Source: an uncultured delta proteobacterium (lineage in GTDB: Bacteria; Myxococcota; Myxococcia; Myxococcales; Anaeromyxobacteraceae). Taken from it: a DNA stretch of 64,000 nucleotides. Below the pieces are notes generated by a model, which did not search any database, was not told where the DNA came from, and saw nothing but the letters and a program-made list of their open reading frames with translations. The translations under genes and the position numbers were made by a program. The stretch is taken from NCBI GenBank assembly GCA_963766715.1, contig CAVYBH010000002.1:160001-224000 (forward strand). The letters are read 5' to 3'. Positions 53,581 through 64,000 of the stretch are shown one piece after another (positions within the stretch are counted from its first letter, which is position 1; each line of letters starts with the position of its first letter).

Positions 53581-53600
53581 GGCGCCCGGTTCCGGGCGCC
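53581..53600 (+). terminator. GC hairpin after the two-gene unit
   Basis: GGCGCCCGG-TT-CCGGGCGCC inverted repeat. Confidence 0.5.
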
Positions 53601-53806
53601 TCGCGTCGGCGCTTGACCCTGTCCTGGATCGCCTCGCGCCACCCTTCCGGGGGGTGCAGAAGGGCATCGCCACGCCGAATCGGGCCGGAAGGCACCGATC
53701 TGGGACTTGTCATCCCGGAGGGCCGACGGCATCACTCTGGGTCTACACGGCCGTTGCCCACCCGAGTCGCGCGTCTCACCCCCACGACAGTCCGAGAGAG
53801 ATCCAG

Positions 53807-54349
53807 ATGCCCTCGTTCCAGAAGATTGCACTCGCCGCCGGTCTTGCCGCCCTCGTCGCGCTTCCCACCGCCTCGCGCGCGGAGGCCACCATCAAGGAGG
53901 CCGACGCCGCCATCGCGGCCATCAAGAAGGCCGACCCCAGCCTGAAGAAGTTCTTCGGCAAGTCCGCCGGCTACGCCGTGTTCCCCAACGTCGCCAAGGG
54001 CGGCCTGGTCATCGGGGGCGCGGGCGGGTCGGGCTTCCTCTACGTGAGCGGAAAGCCGGTGGGCAAGACCACCCTCGCGCAGGCCACCATCGGCGCCCAG
54101 ATCGGCGGCGAGGCGTTCTACGAGATCATCTTCTTCGAGACCAAGGAGTCGCTCGCCGCCTTCCAGAAGGGCGAGTGGACCATGGCCGCGCAGGTGAGCG
54201 CGGTGGCCCTCAAGTCCGGCGCCTCGGCCAACGCCGACTACAAGGACGGCGTCGCGGTGTTCACGCTGACCAAGGGCGGCGCCATGGCCGAGGCCAGCGT
54301 CGGCGGCCAGAAGTTCACCTACGAGCCGCTCAACGCGAAGAAGAAGTAG
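53807..54349 (+). CDS. Secreted YSC84/SYLF lipid-binding domain protein
   Basis: Signal peptide; AGYAVFPNVAKGGLVIGGAGGSG, IGAQIGG, GGAMAEASVGGQKF. Confidence 0.88.
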   Translation: MPSFQKIALAAGLAALVALPTASRAEATIKEADAAIAAIKKADPSLKKFFGKSAGYAVFPNVAKGGLVIGGAGGSGFLYVSGKPVGKTTLAQATIGAQIGGEAFYEIIFFETKESLAAFQKGEWTMAAQVSAVALKSGASANADYKDGVAVFTLTKGGAMAEASVGGQKFTYEPLNAKKK

Positions 54350-54361
54350 CCGGAGCCTTCG

Positions 54362-57156
54362 ATGACCGGGAACACGACCTCCTCCAGGGCCTGGAAGTGG
54401 ATCGGGGGAGGCGCCCTCGCCCTGGTGGCGCTGGCGCTGCTCCTCGCGGCGCTCGTCGCCTTCGTCGTTCCCGGCATCGTCCGGACCCAGGCCTCGAAGG
54501 GCATGGAGGAGGCGACGGGGCGGAAGCTCGCCATCGGCTCCGTCTCCATCCACCCCTTCACCTGGAAGGTCGAGGTGAAGGACCTCGCGCTCTCCGAGGT
54601 CGGCGGCAAGGGGACCTTCGCGTCGTTCCAGCGCCTCCAGGCGTCGGTGAGCCCCACGTCCCTGCTGCGCGGAGCCCTGGTCATCTCCCAGGTGCGCCTG
54701 GAGGGGCCCCACTTCAACGTGATCCGGACCGGTCCGAACACCTACAACTTCTCCGACCTCATGAAGTACCTGACCCTGCCGGTCCCGGCGCTGTCCCTCG
54801 AGGACGTGGCCATCACCGGCGGGTCCATCGACTTCCTCGACCGAGCCCTCTCCCCCGAGGAGAAGCACACGGTGCGGGACGCCCAGCTGATGGTCCCGTT
54901 CCTGACCACCGTGCCGGCCCGGGCCGCCGAGTACGGGAACCCCCGGTTCAGCGCGGTGATCGACGGGGCGCCGCTCTCCATCGAGACCAAGGTCCGCGGC
55001 CTGCCGCAGGCCCCCGAGGTCTCGGCCCAGATCGACCTGAAGAACCTGTCGCTTCCCGAGTACCTGTCCTACCTCCCCGCCGAGCTCCCGGTGAAGGTCG
55101 ACTCCGGGAAGTTGGCCATCCTGGGCACCGCGAGCTACCGCATCACGCCCGAGGCGGGCGCGGAGATTGGCTGGGACGGCGCCGTCACGGTCACCGGCAT
55201 CCGGGTCTCCGAGCACCAGGGGCCACTTTCGGGTGGACGTCTCCGACGTCGCCTTCCGCTCCAGGGTCACGAGCGGCCAGAAGCGGGGGATGATCGTCGA
55301 GGACGGGGTCCTGGAGATCCGGAACCTCGCCGTCCCGTTCGGCGCCCGCGAGGGCATGGTCCTCGGCCTCCTGTCCGTCACCGGCGCCAGGTTCAGCGAG
55401 CAGAAGGGCCAGGTCGAGGTGGCCGAGGTCCTCTTCTCCGACGGCAAGATCCGCATCTCCCGGGACCGCAAGGGAGTCTTCTCTCCCGTGCCGCTCCTCG
55501 AGCACCTGCAGGCGAAGCTCCCGACTCGGCGTGCGGCCCCGGCCGGGAAACCCATCCAGTACGCGGTGAAGAGCTTCGAGATGAAGGGAATCGACCTGAC
55601 CTTCGTCGACGGAACCCGCAAGGAACTGCCCAGCTTCGCCTTCTCGGGCGTGAACTTCCAGGCGAAGGACATCACCGGGCCGCTGGCAGGCCCGGTGAAG
55701 TTCTCCTTCGGAGGCAGGCTCGGAAAGGACGCGAGCTTCCGGGCCGCCGGCACGGTCGTCCCCACGCCGCTCTCGGCAGACGTCGACCTCGAGCTGAAGG
55801 GGTTCTCGCTCGCCGTCGCCGACCCCTACGTGCCCGACGACGCCGAGGTGGCGATCGCCGGCGGCCTGCTCGATCTGAAGGCCCAGCTGGCGCTCGTCAC
55901 GCGCAAGGACCAGCTCACGGGAACCTACGGCGGAGGGCGCCAGCATCCGGTCGCTGAAGCTCCTCGACCGCCGGCGGGAGAAGCTCGTCGCCTGGGAGGA
56001 GCTGTCCTTCGAGGGAGTGAAGGGGAACATCGAGCCGATGGCCGTCTCCGTGGCCAAGGTCGGGCTGACCGGATTGCGGGTCGATCTGGTGATGGACGCC
56101 GACGGCAACACCAACCTTCCTCGCTCGAAGAAGCCGCCGCCGGGCGGTGCCCCGGCGAAGGGGAAGGAGAAGGCGGCCAAGCCGGCCCCCCAGCTCCGCA
56201 TCGACGAGCTGCTGGTCAAGGACGGCGCGGTGAACTTCACCGACAAGGGCGTGCCCGGCGACTTCCACGCCACCGTGAAGGACATCTCCGTCCGGGTGAC
56301 GGGCATGTCCACCGAGCCCGGGAAGGTCGCCGACGTCCGCGCCAGGGCCACCATGCCCAAGGGTGCGCCGCTGCTCGTCCAGGGGAAGGCGGCTCCGCTG
56401 AAGACCCCGGCCACCGCGGACCTCGAGCTCCAGCTGGAAGGTCTCGACCTCACCACCGCCACGCCCTACGCCGGCACCTACCTCGGGCTCGAGGTGGACG
56501 AGGGAGCGCTCACGGTGAAGTCGAGGGCCAAGGTCGACCAGGGCAAGCTGGCCGCCGAGAACCGGATCCGGGTGGACCAGCTGACGTTCGGCAAGGCCGT
56601 GAAGAGCGACCAGGCCACCTTCCTCCCGGTTCGCATGATCGTCGACATCCTGCGCGACAAGAACGGGGACATCGTCCTCGATCTCCCTGTGGCCGCCAGC
56701 ACCGACGACGAGAACATCGCCGGGTCCATCACGGGGCAGGTGGTGAAGGAAGTCATCTTCCCCCCCAAGTCCCCGCTGCGGAACGTCGTCTTCGCCGAGT
56801 GCTCCATCGATCTCACGCCGGACGCCCAGGACCGGCTTCGCAAGCTCGCCGGTGCGCTGAAGGATCGCCCTGCCATGAAGGTGATCGCGTTCGGATACGT
56901 GGACCGGGAGGTCGACGGCAAGGCCTGCCAGGCGGCCATCGTCGCCGTCGAGAAGGGTGCGCCGCCGCCGCTCGAGGGGGAGGCACGGCTCAAGCAACTC
57001 GCAGAGGGACGCGCCGGCGCCGTCCGCGACTTCCTCGTCCTGCAAGGGACCCTCGAGCCGGGCCGTGTATCGGCCAGGACCGACGACATCTACGCGTCGC
57101 CCAAGCAGAAGGGCGAGCGGCAGCCCCGGGTGGAGTTCGCACGCGGCACCGACTGA
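54362..57156 (+). CDS. DUF748 (AsmA-like) envelope protein with OmpA-like C-terminal region; frameshifts
   Basis: TM anchor, SIHPFT, YNFSDL, PYAGTYLG, LRDKNGDIVLDLPV, LAEGRAGAVRDFL; stitched from ORFs 54362, 55167 and 56017. Confidence 0.82.
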
Positions 57157-57256
57157 CGTCCGCCGGACCTCACCCTTAGGGTGAGCCCCCGGATAGCCGC
57201 CCACCCCGGCGCAGCGCTCCCGCGCCGGGATTATCTTCGGGATCGAGGAGGCCATC

Positions 57257-58582
57257 ATGGTCTTCCGAGATCGGGAACAGGGAGGTCGGCTGCTGGCCGA
57301 CCAGCTCGAGTGGTATCGCGCGGCCCATCCGCTGGTGCTGGGGCTGGCGCGCGGGGGCGTGCCGGTGGCGCTGGAGGTCGCGCGAGCGCTCGACACCGAC
57401 CTCGACCTCATCGTGGTGCGCAAGATTGGCGCGCCCGGGTACCCGGAGTACGCCATCGGCGCCATCGCCGAGGGCGGAGCCGTGTACGTGCGTCGCGAGG
57501 CGCTGCGCGAGGTCGGGCTCGGTGAGGACGACATCGCGGCGCTCGCCGAGCGCGAGGCGATCGAGCTCGCGCGGCGGGTTCACCTCTACCGCGGCGACCG
57601 CCCGATGCCGGGCCTCACCGGGCGCACGGTGATCGTGGTGGACGACGGCGTCGCGACCGGCGCCACCGCGCGGGCGGCGGCTCGCTCGGTGCGCCTGCGT
57701 GGGGCGGTCCGGGTGGTGCTGGCCGCGCCGGTGGTCGCCGCGGCCTCCATCCCGGAGCTGAAGCGGGACTTCGACGACGTGGTGGCGGTCGATCAGCCGA
57801 GCCCGTTCTTCGCGGTGGGGCGCTGGTACGAGCAGTTCGACCAGGTCTCCGACGAGCAGGTCATGGAGTGTCTCCGTCGAGGGGCCCGGGCGGAGCAGGC
57901 GACGCTCTCGATCCCATTCGAGGGGCCGGGAGCGGGCTCGGGAACGCTCGAGGCCGAGTTGACGATTCCCTCGGGGGCGAGAGGGCTCGTCATGTTCGTC
58001 CACGGGAGCGGCTCGACGAGGCGCAGCCCTCGAAACCGACTGGTCGCTGCCGAGATGCAGGTGGCCGGATTCGCCACGCTGCTGTTCGACCTGCTGACGC
58101 CGGCCGAGGTCACCGAGGACGAGGCCACGTCGCGCCTGCGCTTCGACATCCCGCTCCTCGCCGCACGCGTGTCCGCGGTGACGCAGTGGATCGCGACCGA
58201 CCCCCGCACCCGGGATCTGAGGATCGGGTACTTCGGCGCGAGCACCGGCGCGGCGGCGGCGCTCGCCGCGGCGGCCGAGCACCCGGAGCTCGTCGGTGCG
58301 GTGGTCTCGCGCGGTGGGCGCCCGGACCTCGTTCCCTCGTCGACCCTGGCCCGGGTCAGCGCCCCGGTACTCCTCCTCGTGGGAAGCCGGGACGAGGAGG
58401 TGGTCCGGCTGAACCGGTCCGTCCTGCGTCAGCTGTCGAGCGCCCAGCTCGCCGTCATCCCCCGGGCGACGCACCTCTTCGAGGAGCCCGGCACGCTGGA
58501 GGAGGTCTCCCGGCTCGCGGCCGGCTGGTTCGCCGGGCACCTCCAGGCGGATGCGTCGAGCGGGACCTGGTCGGCGGCCTAG
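57257..58582 (+). CDS. Phosphoribosyltransferase + dienelactone-hydrolase-like alpha/beta hydrolase fusion
   Basis: FRDREQGG, LARGGVP, VVDDGVATG; HGSGS..SPRN, GYFGASTGAAAAL, SRGGRPD, HLFEE. Confidence 0.92.
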   Translation: MVFRDREQGGRLLADQLEWYRAAHPLVLGLARGGVPVALEVARALDTDLDLIVVRKIGAPGYPEYAIGAIAEGGAVYVRREALREVGLGEDDIAALAEREAIELARRVHLYRGDRPMPGLTGRTVIVVDDGVATGATARAAARSVRLRGAVRVVLAAPVVAAASIPELKRDFDDVVAVDQPSPFFAVGRWYEQFDQVSDEQVMECLRRGARAEQATLSIPFEGPGAGSGTLEAELTIPSGARGLVMFVHGSGSTRRSPRNRLVAAEMQVAGFATLLFDLLTPAEVTEDEATSRLRFDIPLLAARVSAVTQWIATDPRTRDLRIGYFGASTGAAAALAAAAEHPELVGAVVSRGGRPDLVPSSTLARVSAPVLLLVGSRDEEVVRLNRSVLRQLSSAQLAVIPRATHLFEEPGTLEEVSRLAAGWFAGHLQADASSGTWSAA

Positions 58583-58598
58583 AGGCGACCGGGGACCG

Positions 58599-59390
58599 TC
58601 AGCGCGAGGTGCGGGACGCGAAGGCGGCGGCCAGGGCCTCGAACTCCTCGGGCCCGACGTCGGAGACGAGCGCATAGCCGACGCCGGATCCACGCCAGGT
58701 GGCCACCCGGAAGCCTCGCAGCGCCGTGGTGGCGAGCGGCGACCCGGCCTCGAGGAGGGGGAGCCCGTCCGGCCGGAAGGCGAGCAGGGTCACCGCGTGC
58801 CTCCGCAGCGTGTAGCGCCACGACGGCGGCCTTCCTGTCGAGGAAGTACCCGACGCCGCCTCCGCGAAGCCGCAGCTCCGCGACCTCCGGCAGCGGGACC
58901 TCGGGCGCGAAGTCGAGGCGACCCTCGAACCAGGGCTTCACCTGGTGGGACTCGGAGCTCGCGAGCTCGAGTCCGCGCGGCGTCCGCCAGGACGCGCAGG
59001 TGATCGCCGACGGCGTCCGCGACCAGGGCCGCCCGCGCCTCGCGGTCGCTCGAGGCGCGCCACGCGAGGACGCCCACGACGCCGACCGCCAGGGCCGCCG
59101 CGAGGGCAGGGAACGCCCGACGCGCCCTCCAACGTCGACGGGGGAGGGGAGCGACGGGGTCCTCGCCGCCAGCGGCGCGCCATGCCTTCCAGGCGTTGCC
59201 GGAGCGAAGCAGGCGCCTGGCGGCGGGGCAGCTCCCGATCCAGCAGATCGTCGAGGGCGCGCTCCGTGGCCTCCATCTGCCGGCACGGCTCGCACCCCGA
59301 GAGATGCGCATGCAGCGCGTCCTGCTCCGGCCGGGCGAGCCGGCCCCGGAGGAGTCCGACGAGATCGGTGCGCGCGTCGATGCAGTCCAT
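58599..59390 (-). CDS. Zinc-finger (HxxxCxxC) transmembrane anti-sigma factor; frameshifts
   Basis: MDC...HAHLSGCEPC, TM, DHLR, SHQVKPWFEGRLDFAP, LRGG, YALVSD. Confidence 0.85.
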
Positions 59391-59398
59391 GGCTCTTC

Positions 59399-59948
59399 CT
59401 ACCTCCGGTAATCCAGGAGACGGGCGCGCAGCGCGGCGCGGGCCCGGGACAGGCGCGACTTGACGGTTCCCGGGAGGCAGCCCATCACCGACGACATCTC
59501 CGCCTCGGTCAGCCCCTCCAGGTCGAGCAGGATGACGGTCCGCTGCTCCTCTCCGAGACTCGAGAGCGCGTTCTCGATGTCTCTCGCGACCAGCCCCCGC
59601 AGGCGCCCGAGCTCGACGTCGCCGCGGAGGGAGCCGTCCTCGCACGGGAGGCGGCGCGCCCTCTTCCGGGTCCTCCCCGGCGGCCGGCGCGACGGGGCTT
59701 CGGCGCTCGTGCCGGCAGCGGTCGAGCCAGGCGTTCCGCAGGATGCGCAGGACCCAGGCCTTGAGATCCGTACCGGGTGTGAACTGGCCCCAGGAGCGGA
59801 GCGCCCGGGCGAAGGCCTCCTGGACGAGGTCCTCTGCCTCCACCCGATTGCGGGCGAGGTGCCAGGCGAGGTCGTAGAGCACGTCGGCGAGTCCGAGGAG
59901 CGGGTGCCCCGGGTCGTCGCGGCGGGCATGGGGCCGCGAGGGAGTCAC
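59399..59948 (-). CDS. ECF sigma-70 factor; frameshift ~59650
   Basis: [33 protein letters not shown]; start approximate. Confidence 0.9.
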
Positions 59949-60011
59949 GGTCCTGAGCCTAATGGCCTCCTCCGGGTGCGCCCGTTCCACGGATGTGCCT
60001 CCAGGGAAGCG

Positions 60012-60036
60012 AACGTCCGGCGAGCGAGACGGTTCC
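60012..60036 (-). promoter_or_regulatory. ECF-type promoter GGAAC-N16-CGTT for the sigma/anti-sigma operon
   Basis: Minus strand GGAAC-CGTCTCGCTCGCCGGA-CGTT. Confidence 0.75.
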
Positions 60037-60051
60037 CTGGGAACGAGACGC

Positions 60052-60076
60052 GGAACCGGTGGCGCCCTCGATCGTT
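60052..60076 (+). promoter_or_regulatory. ECF-type promoter GGAAC-N16-CGTT for the phosphoesterase-cupredoxin operon
   Basis: GGAAC-CGGTGGCGCCCTCGAT-CGTT, 21 nt before ATG 60098 (AGGAGG RBS). Confidence 0.75.
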
Positions 60077-60097
60077 GGGCTGGACAGGAGGCACCCC

Positions 60098-61086
60098 ATG
60101 GATCGCAGGCATTTCCTCCGGATCGCGGCATCTTCGCTCGGTGCAGGCGCCCTGTACCGGGTCGCGCCCGCCTGGGCCACGAGCGGGCCGGCCGTCAGCG
60201 TCTCAGGGGAGCAGGCACGGCGAAACGGGGAGGCGGTGACCCCGTTCACCTTCGTGCAGCTCAGCGACACCCACGTCGGATTCGCCGGCCCGCCCAACCC
60301 CACCGGCACGCTCGCGTTCGAGCGGGCCGTGGAGAGGGTGAACGCGCTCCCCGAGCGGCCGGAGCTCGTCCTCTTCACCGGCGACCTGACGCACGAGAGC
60401 GAGGTCCCGGGCGAGCACGAGAAGCGGATGCGACGGTTCAAGGAGATCGCCGGCCAGCTCCAGGTGGCCCGGACGTTCGCGGTCCCGGGCGAGCACGATG
60501 CCGGCCTGGACGGCGGCGCGCTCTTCCGGGCGAGCTTCGGCGAGACGAGCTACGCCTTCGACCACCGGGGCGTCCACTTCGTCGCGATCGACAACGTCTC
60601 CCGGGCGCAGGCCGGAGGTGGGGCGCGAGCAGATCGCCTGGCTGAAGCGGGACCTCGCCCGCTTCACCCCCACCACCCCGATCGTCGTGTTCACCCATCG
60701 TCCGCTCTTCGACCTCAAGCCCGAGTGGGAGTGGTTCACGCGCGACGGCGACGAGGTCATGGCGGTCCTGGACCCCTTCGAGAACGTGACGGTCCTCTAC
60801 GGCCACATCCACCGCGAGGACGTGCACCTCACCCCGCGCGCGTCCCACCTGGCGGCCCGGTCGCTCATCTTCGCGTTCCCCGATCCGGCCGCGACCCAGG
60901 AGAAGAAGCCGATCCCCTTCGACCGCGAGCACCCGTTCCGGAACCTCGGCCTGCGGGTCGTGAGCGCGGGAAACGCGGCTTCGCCGGGCGGGCGCACGGT
61001 CCAGCGCAGACGAGGTCGAGCTTTCCCTGAAGCACCTGTCGGGCACGGAGGGGTTCGCCCAGCTGCTGCGCCCCTCCACCCTGTAG
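60098..61086 (+). CDS. Tat-exported calcineurin-like metallophosphoesterase (Icc/CpdA-like); frameshifts
   Basis: MDRRHFL Tat motif; QLSDTHVG, FTGDLTH, VPGEHD, FTHRP, YGHIH. Confidence 0.88.
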
Positions 61087-61113
61087 ACCGTCGACGAGCC
61101 TCCGGAGGCTTCC

Positions 61114-61485
61114 ATGACCGCCTCGCCACATCGGACCCGCATTCTCGCGTTCCTCGTCCGGGCGGCAATTCTCGCGGCCATCCTGGCGCCAGCCGGCGCT
61201 TCCGGCGCCGAGCCTCGCGTCGTCGAGATCTCCGCTCGCCGCTTCGAGTTCACCCCGGCCGAGGTCGTGCTGCGCAAGGACGAGGCCGTCACCTTGCGGC
61301 TCCGGAGCGCGGACGTCACCCATGGCTTCTTCCAGCGCGCGCTCGGCATCGACGTGGAGATCGAGCCGGGCAAGGTCACCGAGGTCACCCTCACGCCGCG
61401 GACTCCGGGGCGGTACTCGACCATCTGCGACCACTTCTGCGGGTCCGGGCACGGGAACATGAGGATGACCTTCGTCGTCGAGTGA
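61114..61485 (+). CDS. Secreted cupredoxin with a CuA-type site (COX2-like domain)
   Basis: DVTHGF ... CDHFCGSGHGNM. Confidence 0.88.
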   Translation: MTASPHRTRILAFLVRAAILAAILAPAGASGAEPRVVEISARRFEFTPAEVVLRKDEAVTLRLRSADVTHGFFQRALGIDVEIEPGKVTEVTLTPRTPGRYSTICDHFCGSGHGNMRMTFVVE

Positions 61486-61537
61486 GCGACCGCCGGTGCG
61501 CGGCCCGGGCGGGGCGAAGTGGACTAGGATGGGGCCG

Positions 61538-61978
61538 ATGAGCTGCTTCCGCCAGGTCGCGCTTCTCCTGGCTGCCACGGCCGGGTTCTCCTGCGCGCCG
61601 TCCGGGATGCCTCCGGCCACCGGCCAGGGGCCGGAGCCCGAGTACGTCCTGCACACCTTGCCGGAGTGGTCGCCGATGGGGGGCGTCGCGATCGGGCGGC
61701 ACGTCTTCCTCCAGCCCTCCCAGCAGAACCCGATCGGCATCGGCCACGAGCTCGTTCACGTCCGGCAGCAGGCGGAGAGTCCGATCCGCTTCTGGGCCAC
61801 GTACGTGCTGTCCCCGCGATGGCGGCTTCGGTGGGAGGCCGAGGCCTACGCCGTCCAGGCCCGGGCCGGATGCCCCATCCAGGGTGACCAGGGGCTCGCC
61901 GCGTACCTCTCCGGTCCGGCCTACCTCTGGACGGCTTCACGGGCCGAGGCGGACCGGCGAATCCGCGAGTTCCTCTAG
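61538..61978 (+). CDS. Putative lipoprotein with HExxH zincin motif (DUF4157-like)
   Basis: Lipobox-like [22 protein letters not shown]. Confidence 0.6.
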   Translation: MSCFRQVALLLAATAGFSCAPSGMPPATGQGPEPEYVLHTLPEWSPMGGVAIGRHVFLQPSQQNPIGIGHELVHVRQQAESPIRFWATYVLSPRWRLRWEAEAYAVQARAGCPIQGDQGLAAYLSGPAYLWTASRAEADRRIREFL

Positions 61979-62143
61979 CGGGGGACGGCGCGACAAATCG
62001 AAACGGTGTTCCGGTTCGACCAGGTGGGATGTCCCGGATCGGTGCGCCGCCAGGGATTCTCACGTCCGCGAAGCGCGACCAATCCGGGCCCGGTAAGTGC
62101 AAAGGGACCGTTCTCCCAACCACCCTTCAGTCCTGGAGACGCA

Positions 62144-62862
62144 ATGCCTCTTTCGAAGAAGCTCGGAGCGGAGTTCATCGGTACGGCCTGGCTTGTGCTG
62201 GGCGGATGCGGCAGCGCCGTCCTGGCCGCCGCCTTCCCGGGCATGGGCATCGGCTTCGTCGGCGTCTCCATCGCCTTCGGCCTGACCGTGCTCACCATGG
62301 CCTATGCCATCGGCCACATCTCCGGCTGCCACCTGAATCCCGCGGTCTCCATCGGGCTCTGGGCCGGCAAGCGCTTCCCGCCAAGGAACTCGTCCCCTAC
62401 ATCGTCGCCCAGGTGCTCGGCGCCATCGCCGGTGGCGCTATCCTCCTGGCCATCGCCAGCGGCAAGCCCGGCTGGTTCGACGCCCCGCGCATGCTCGCCG
62501 CGAACGGCTACGGCGCCCACTCGCCGGGCGGCTACTCGATGGTCTCGGCGCTGGTCGCCGAGGTCGTGATGACGATGATGTTCCTCCTCATCATCCTGGG
62601 CGCGACCGACGGCCGTGCGCCCAAGGGCTTCGCCCCCATCGCCATCGGCCTCGGGCTCACGCTCATCCACCTGATCAGCATCCCGGTGACGAACACCTCG
62701 GTGAACCCGGCCCGGAGCACGGCGCCGGCCCTCCTCGCCGGCTCGTGGGCTCTCGAGCAGCTCTGGATGTTCTGGGTCGCCCCAATCATCGGAGCCCTCA
62801 TCGCCGGCGGCCTCTACTCCTGGCTCGGCGGCCACGGCGCCCAGGTCACCGGCGACAAGTAG
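62144..62862 (+). CDS. aqpZ: Aquaporin Z; frameshift ~62385
   Basis: [48 protein letters not shown]. Confidence 0.95.
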
Positions 62863-62878
62863 GTGAGGCCCTCGCGCT

Positions 62879-63252
62879 CTAGGCAGGCTGCCGCTCGCCC
62901 GGCTGAACGTCCGTCGGGCGGCGGCGGGCGCGGCTTCCCGGGCCCCGTCTCCGCCGAGGCGGCGCGCGAAGTCCGCGTCGATCTCGCCGAAGCGCACGCC
63001 CATCGTCCCCATCAGGCTCAGGCGCGGATTGCCGGGGCGCGCCCAGACGACCTGGCCGGAAAAGAACGCCTCGCGGCCGTCGAGGTGGATCGTTCCATCG
63101 ACCGGGGTGCCGGCCGGAAGGACGCGCATCATGCCGGTGCAGAAGCCCCCGGCGCTGACGTTGACGGTCAGTGAGCTGCCGCGGCTGGTCACGACCCGCA
63201 GCCGGACGCGGCGGCGGGGATTGCTTCGGATGACGTTGCCCGTACCGGACAT
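62879..63252 (-). CDS. Stand-alone PilZ domain protein (3' end frameshifted)
   Basis: RSNPRRR (RxxxR), NVSAGG (D/NxSxGG), GQVVW, MGVRF. Confidence 0.75.
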
Positions 63253-63346
63253 GAGTGACCCTCGAACCTGGGACCTTATCTCATTATCTGTACGATTCCA
63301 GGTCTTTGGGAATGCCGCGGTTGGGGAGTAAGCGAAAGTTTCCCCG

Positions 63347-63577
63347 CTAGCCTTCCGACCACGGCACGTCGACGGTGACCCTCGTCGTCCTTGCCCCCAC
63401 GGTATGTGGCTCGATCCGCGGGTGCTTCTCCCCGGGCCACTTGCCGCTGCTCAGGTCGAGCGGGGCCGGTCTCAGGTAGACCTGCCGCTTGCAGTGATCG
63501 CACACCACGTCGTCGCCGGGCTCCAGGTGCGGAACCGGGCGCCAGGACCCAGCACACTCGAGGGGTTCGGTCGCCAT
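63347..63577 (-). CDS. Small hypothetical protein with a possible Zn-binding motif
   Basis: ECAGS...CDHC...PH, 76 aa. Confidence 0.45.
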   Translation of the reverse strand: MATEPLECAGSWRPVPHLEPGDDVVCDHCKRQVYLRPAPLDLSSGKWPGEKHPRIEPHTVGARTTRVTVDVPWSEG

Positions 63578-63702
63578 TCCCGCAGATTAGCCCCACGGCC
63601 TGCGCGCACGCGAGGCGCGGCGCGTCATGAGCGGGGAACGTCGGGAGGCTCCCCCGCCGAACGGGTCAGGGGAGGCGCCCCGCGCTCCTGTCGGGCCCTA
63701 CG

Positions 63703-64000
63703 CTAGCGGGTCGACCACGCCCAGCCGGTGATCCGCCAGCCCGCCGCCGTCTTCTGCAGTGCGACCGTGAACGTCGACCCCTTCTGGGATTCCTTCTTCC
63801 CGTTCTTCTTGAAGTCGTAGTTGACCGGGTTGACCACGTAGGCGCGGTCCCCGTCGATGTCGACGTGCCTGGGCTTCTGGAGGGTGACGACCGAATCGGA
63901 GATGCCGTTCTTCTTCGCCATGGCGTCGAAGTCGTTCGCCCAGTCGGCGCAGGCCGTCGGCCCCTGCCAGGCGTACGGGGCGAACTCGTCGACGACGGAC
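63703..64000 (-). CDS. NTF2/SnoaL-like (DUF4440) protein, 5' end outside window
   Basis: VVDEFAPYAWQG, DGDRAYVV, FTVALQKTAAGWRITGWAW. Confidence 0.8.
   Translation of the reverse strand, partial: SVVDEFAPYAWQGPTACADWANDFDAMAKKNGISDSVVTLQKPRHVDIDGDRAYVVNPVNYDFKKNGKKESQKGSTFTVALQKTAAGWRITGWAWSTR

Noticed and set aside
62085..62101. GG-N10-GC upstream of aqpZ as a sigma54 promoter
   Set aside because: It lacks the TGGCAC/TGGCGC context, so it is too weak in a GC-rich background.
63276..63288. GATAATGAGATAA (minus strand) as a Fur box upstream of the PilZ gene
   Set aside because: Only a half match to the 19-bp inverted repeat; it could simply be a -10 element.

Overview
Very GC-rich (visually >70%), densely coding bacterial chromosome segment. 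Gene content (myxobacterial-type lipoproteins, YXWGXW repeats, multiheme cytochromes, sigma54 and ECF promoters) suggests Anaeromyxobacter-like Myxococcota; this is an inference. Dozens of single-base frameshifts split otherwise intact genes, most likely long-read indel errors, so many CDS calls are stitched across frames and their ends are approximate. I found no rRNA, tRNA, CRISPR array, integrase or transposase. About 55 genes can be read, mostly housekeeping or accessory enzymes, transporters and envelope proteins. The most notable items are: (1) an apparent single-chain fusion of a NapC/NirT quinol-dehydrogenase tetraheme domain with a TsdA/SoxA-like diheme domain (about 6 hemes), flanked by a divergent monoheme cytochrome c, a sigma54-preceded binding-protein/hybrid-kinase pair and orphan modBC; (2) a ~1,900-aa secreted protein combining a BNR/sialidase-like region, a near-perfect ANLSN pentapeptide array, Ig-like repeats and a PxKF-type C-terminus; (3) an ECF sigma/anti-sigma versus metallophosphoesterase-cupredoxin module with two back-to-back GGAAC-N16-CGTT promoters; (4) two dispersed paralogues of an uncharacterised two-Cys lipoprotein family. 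All family assignments come from motif recognition by eye, not from database searches.
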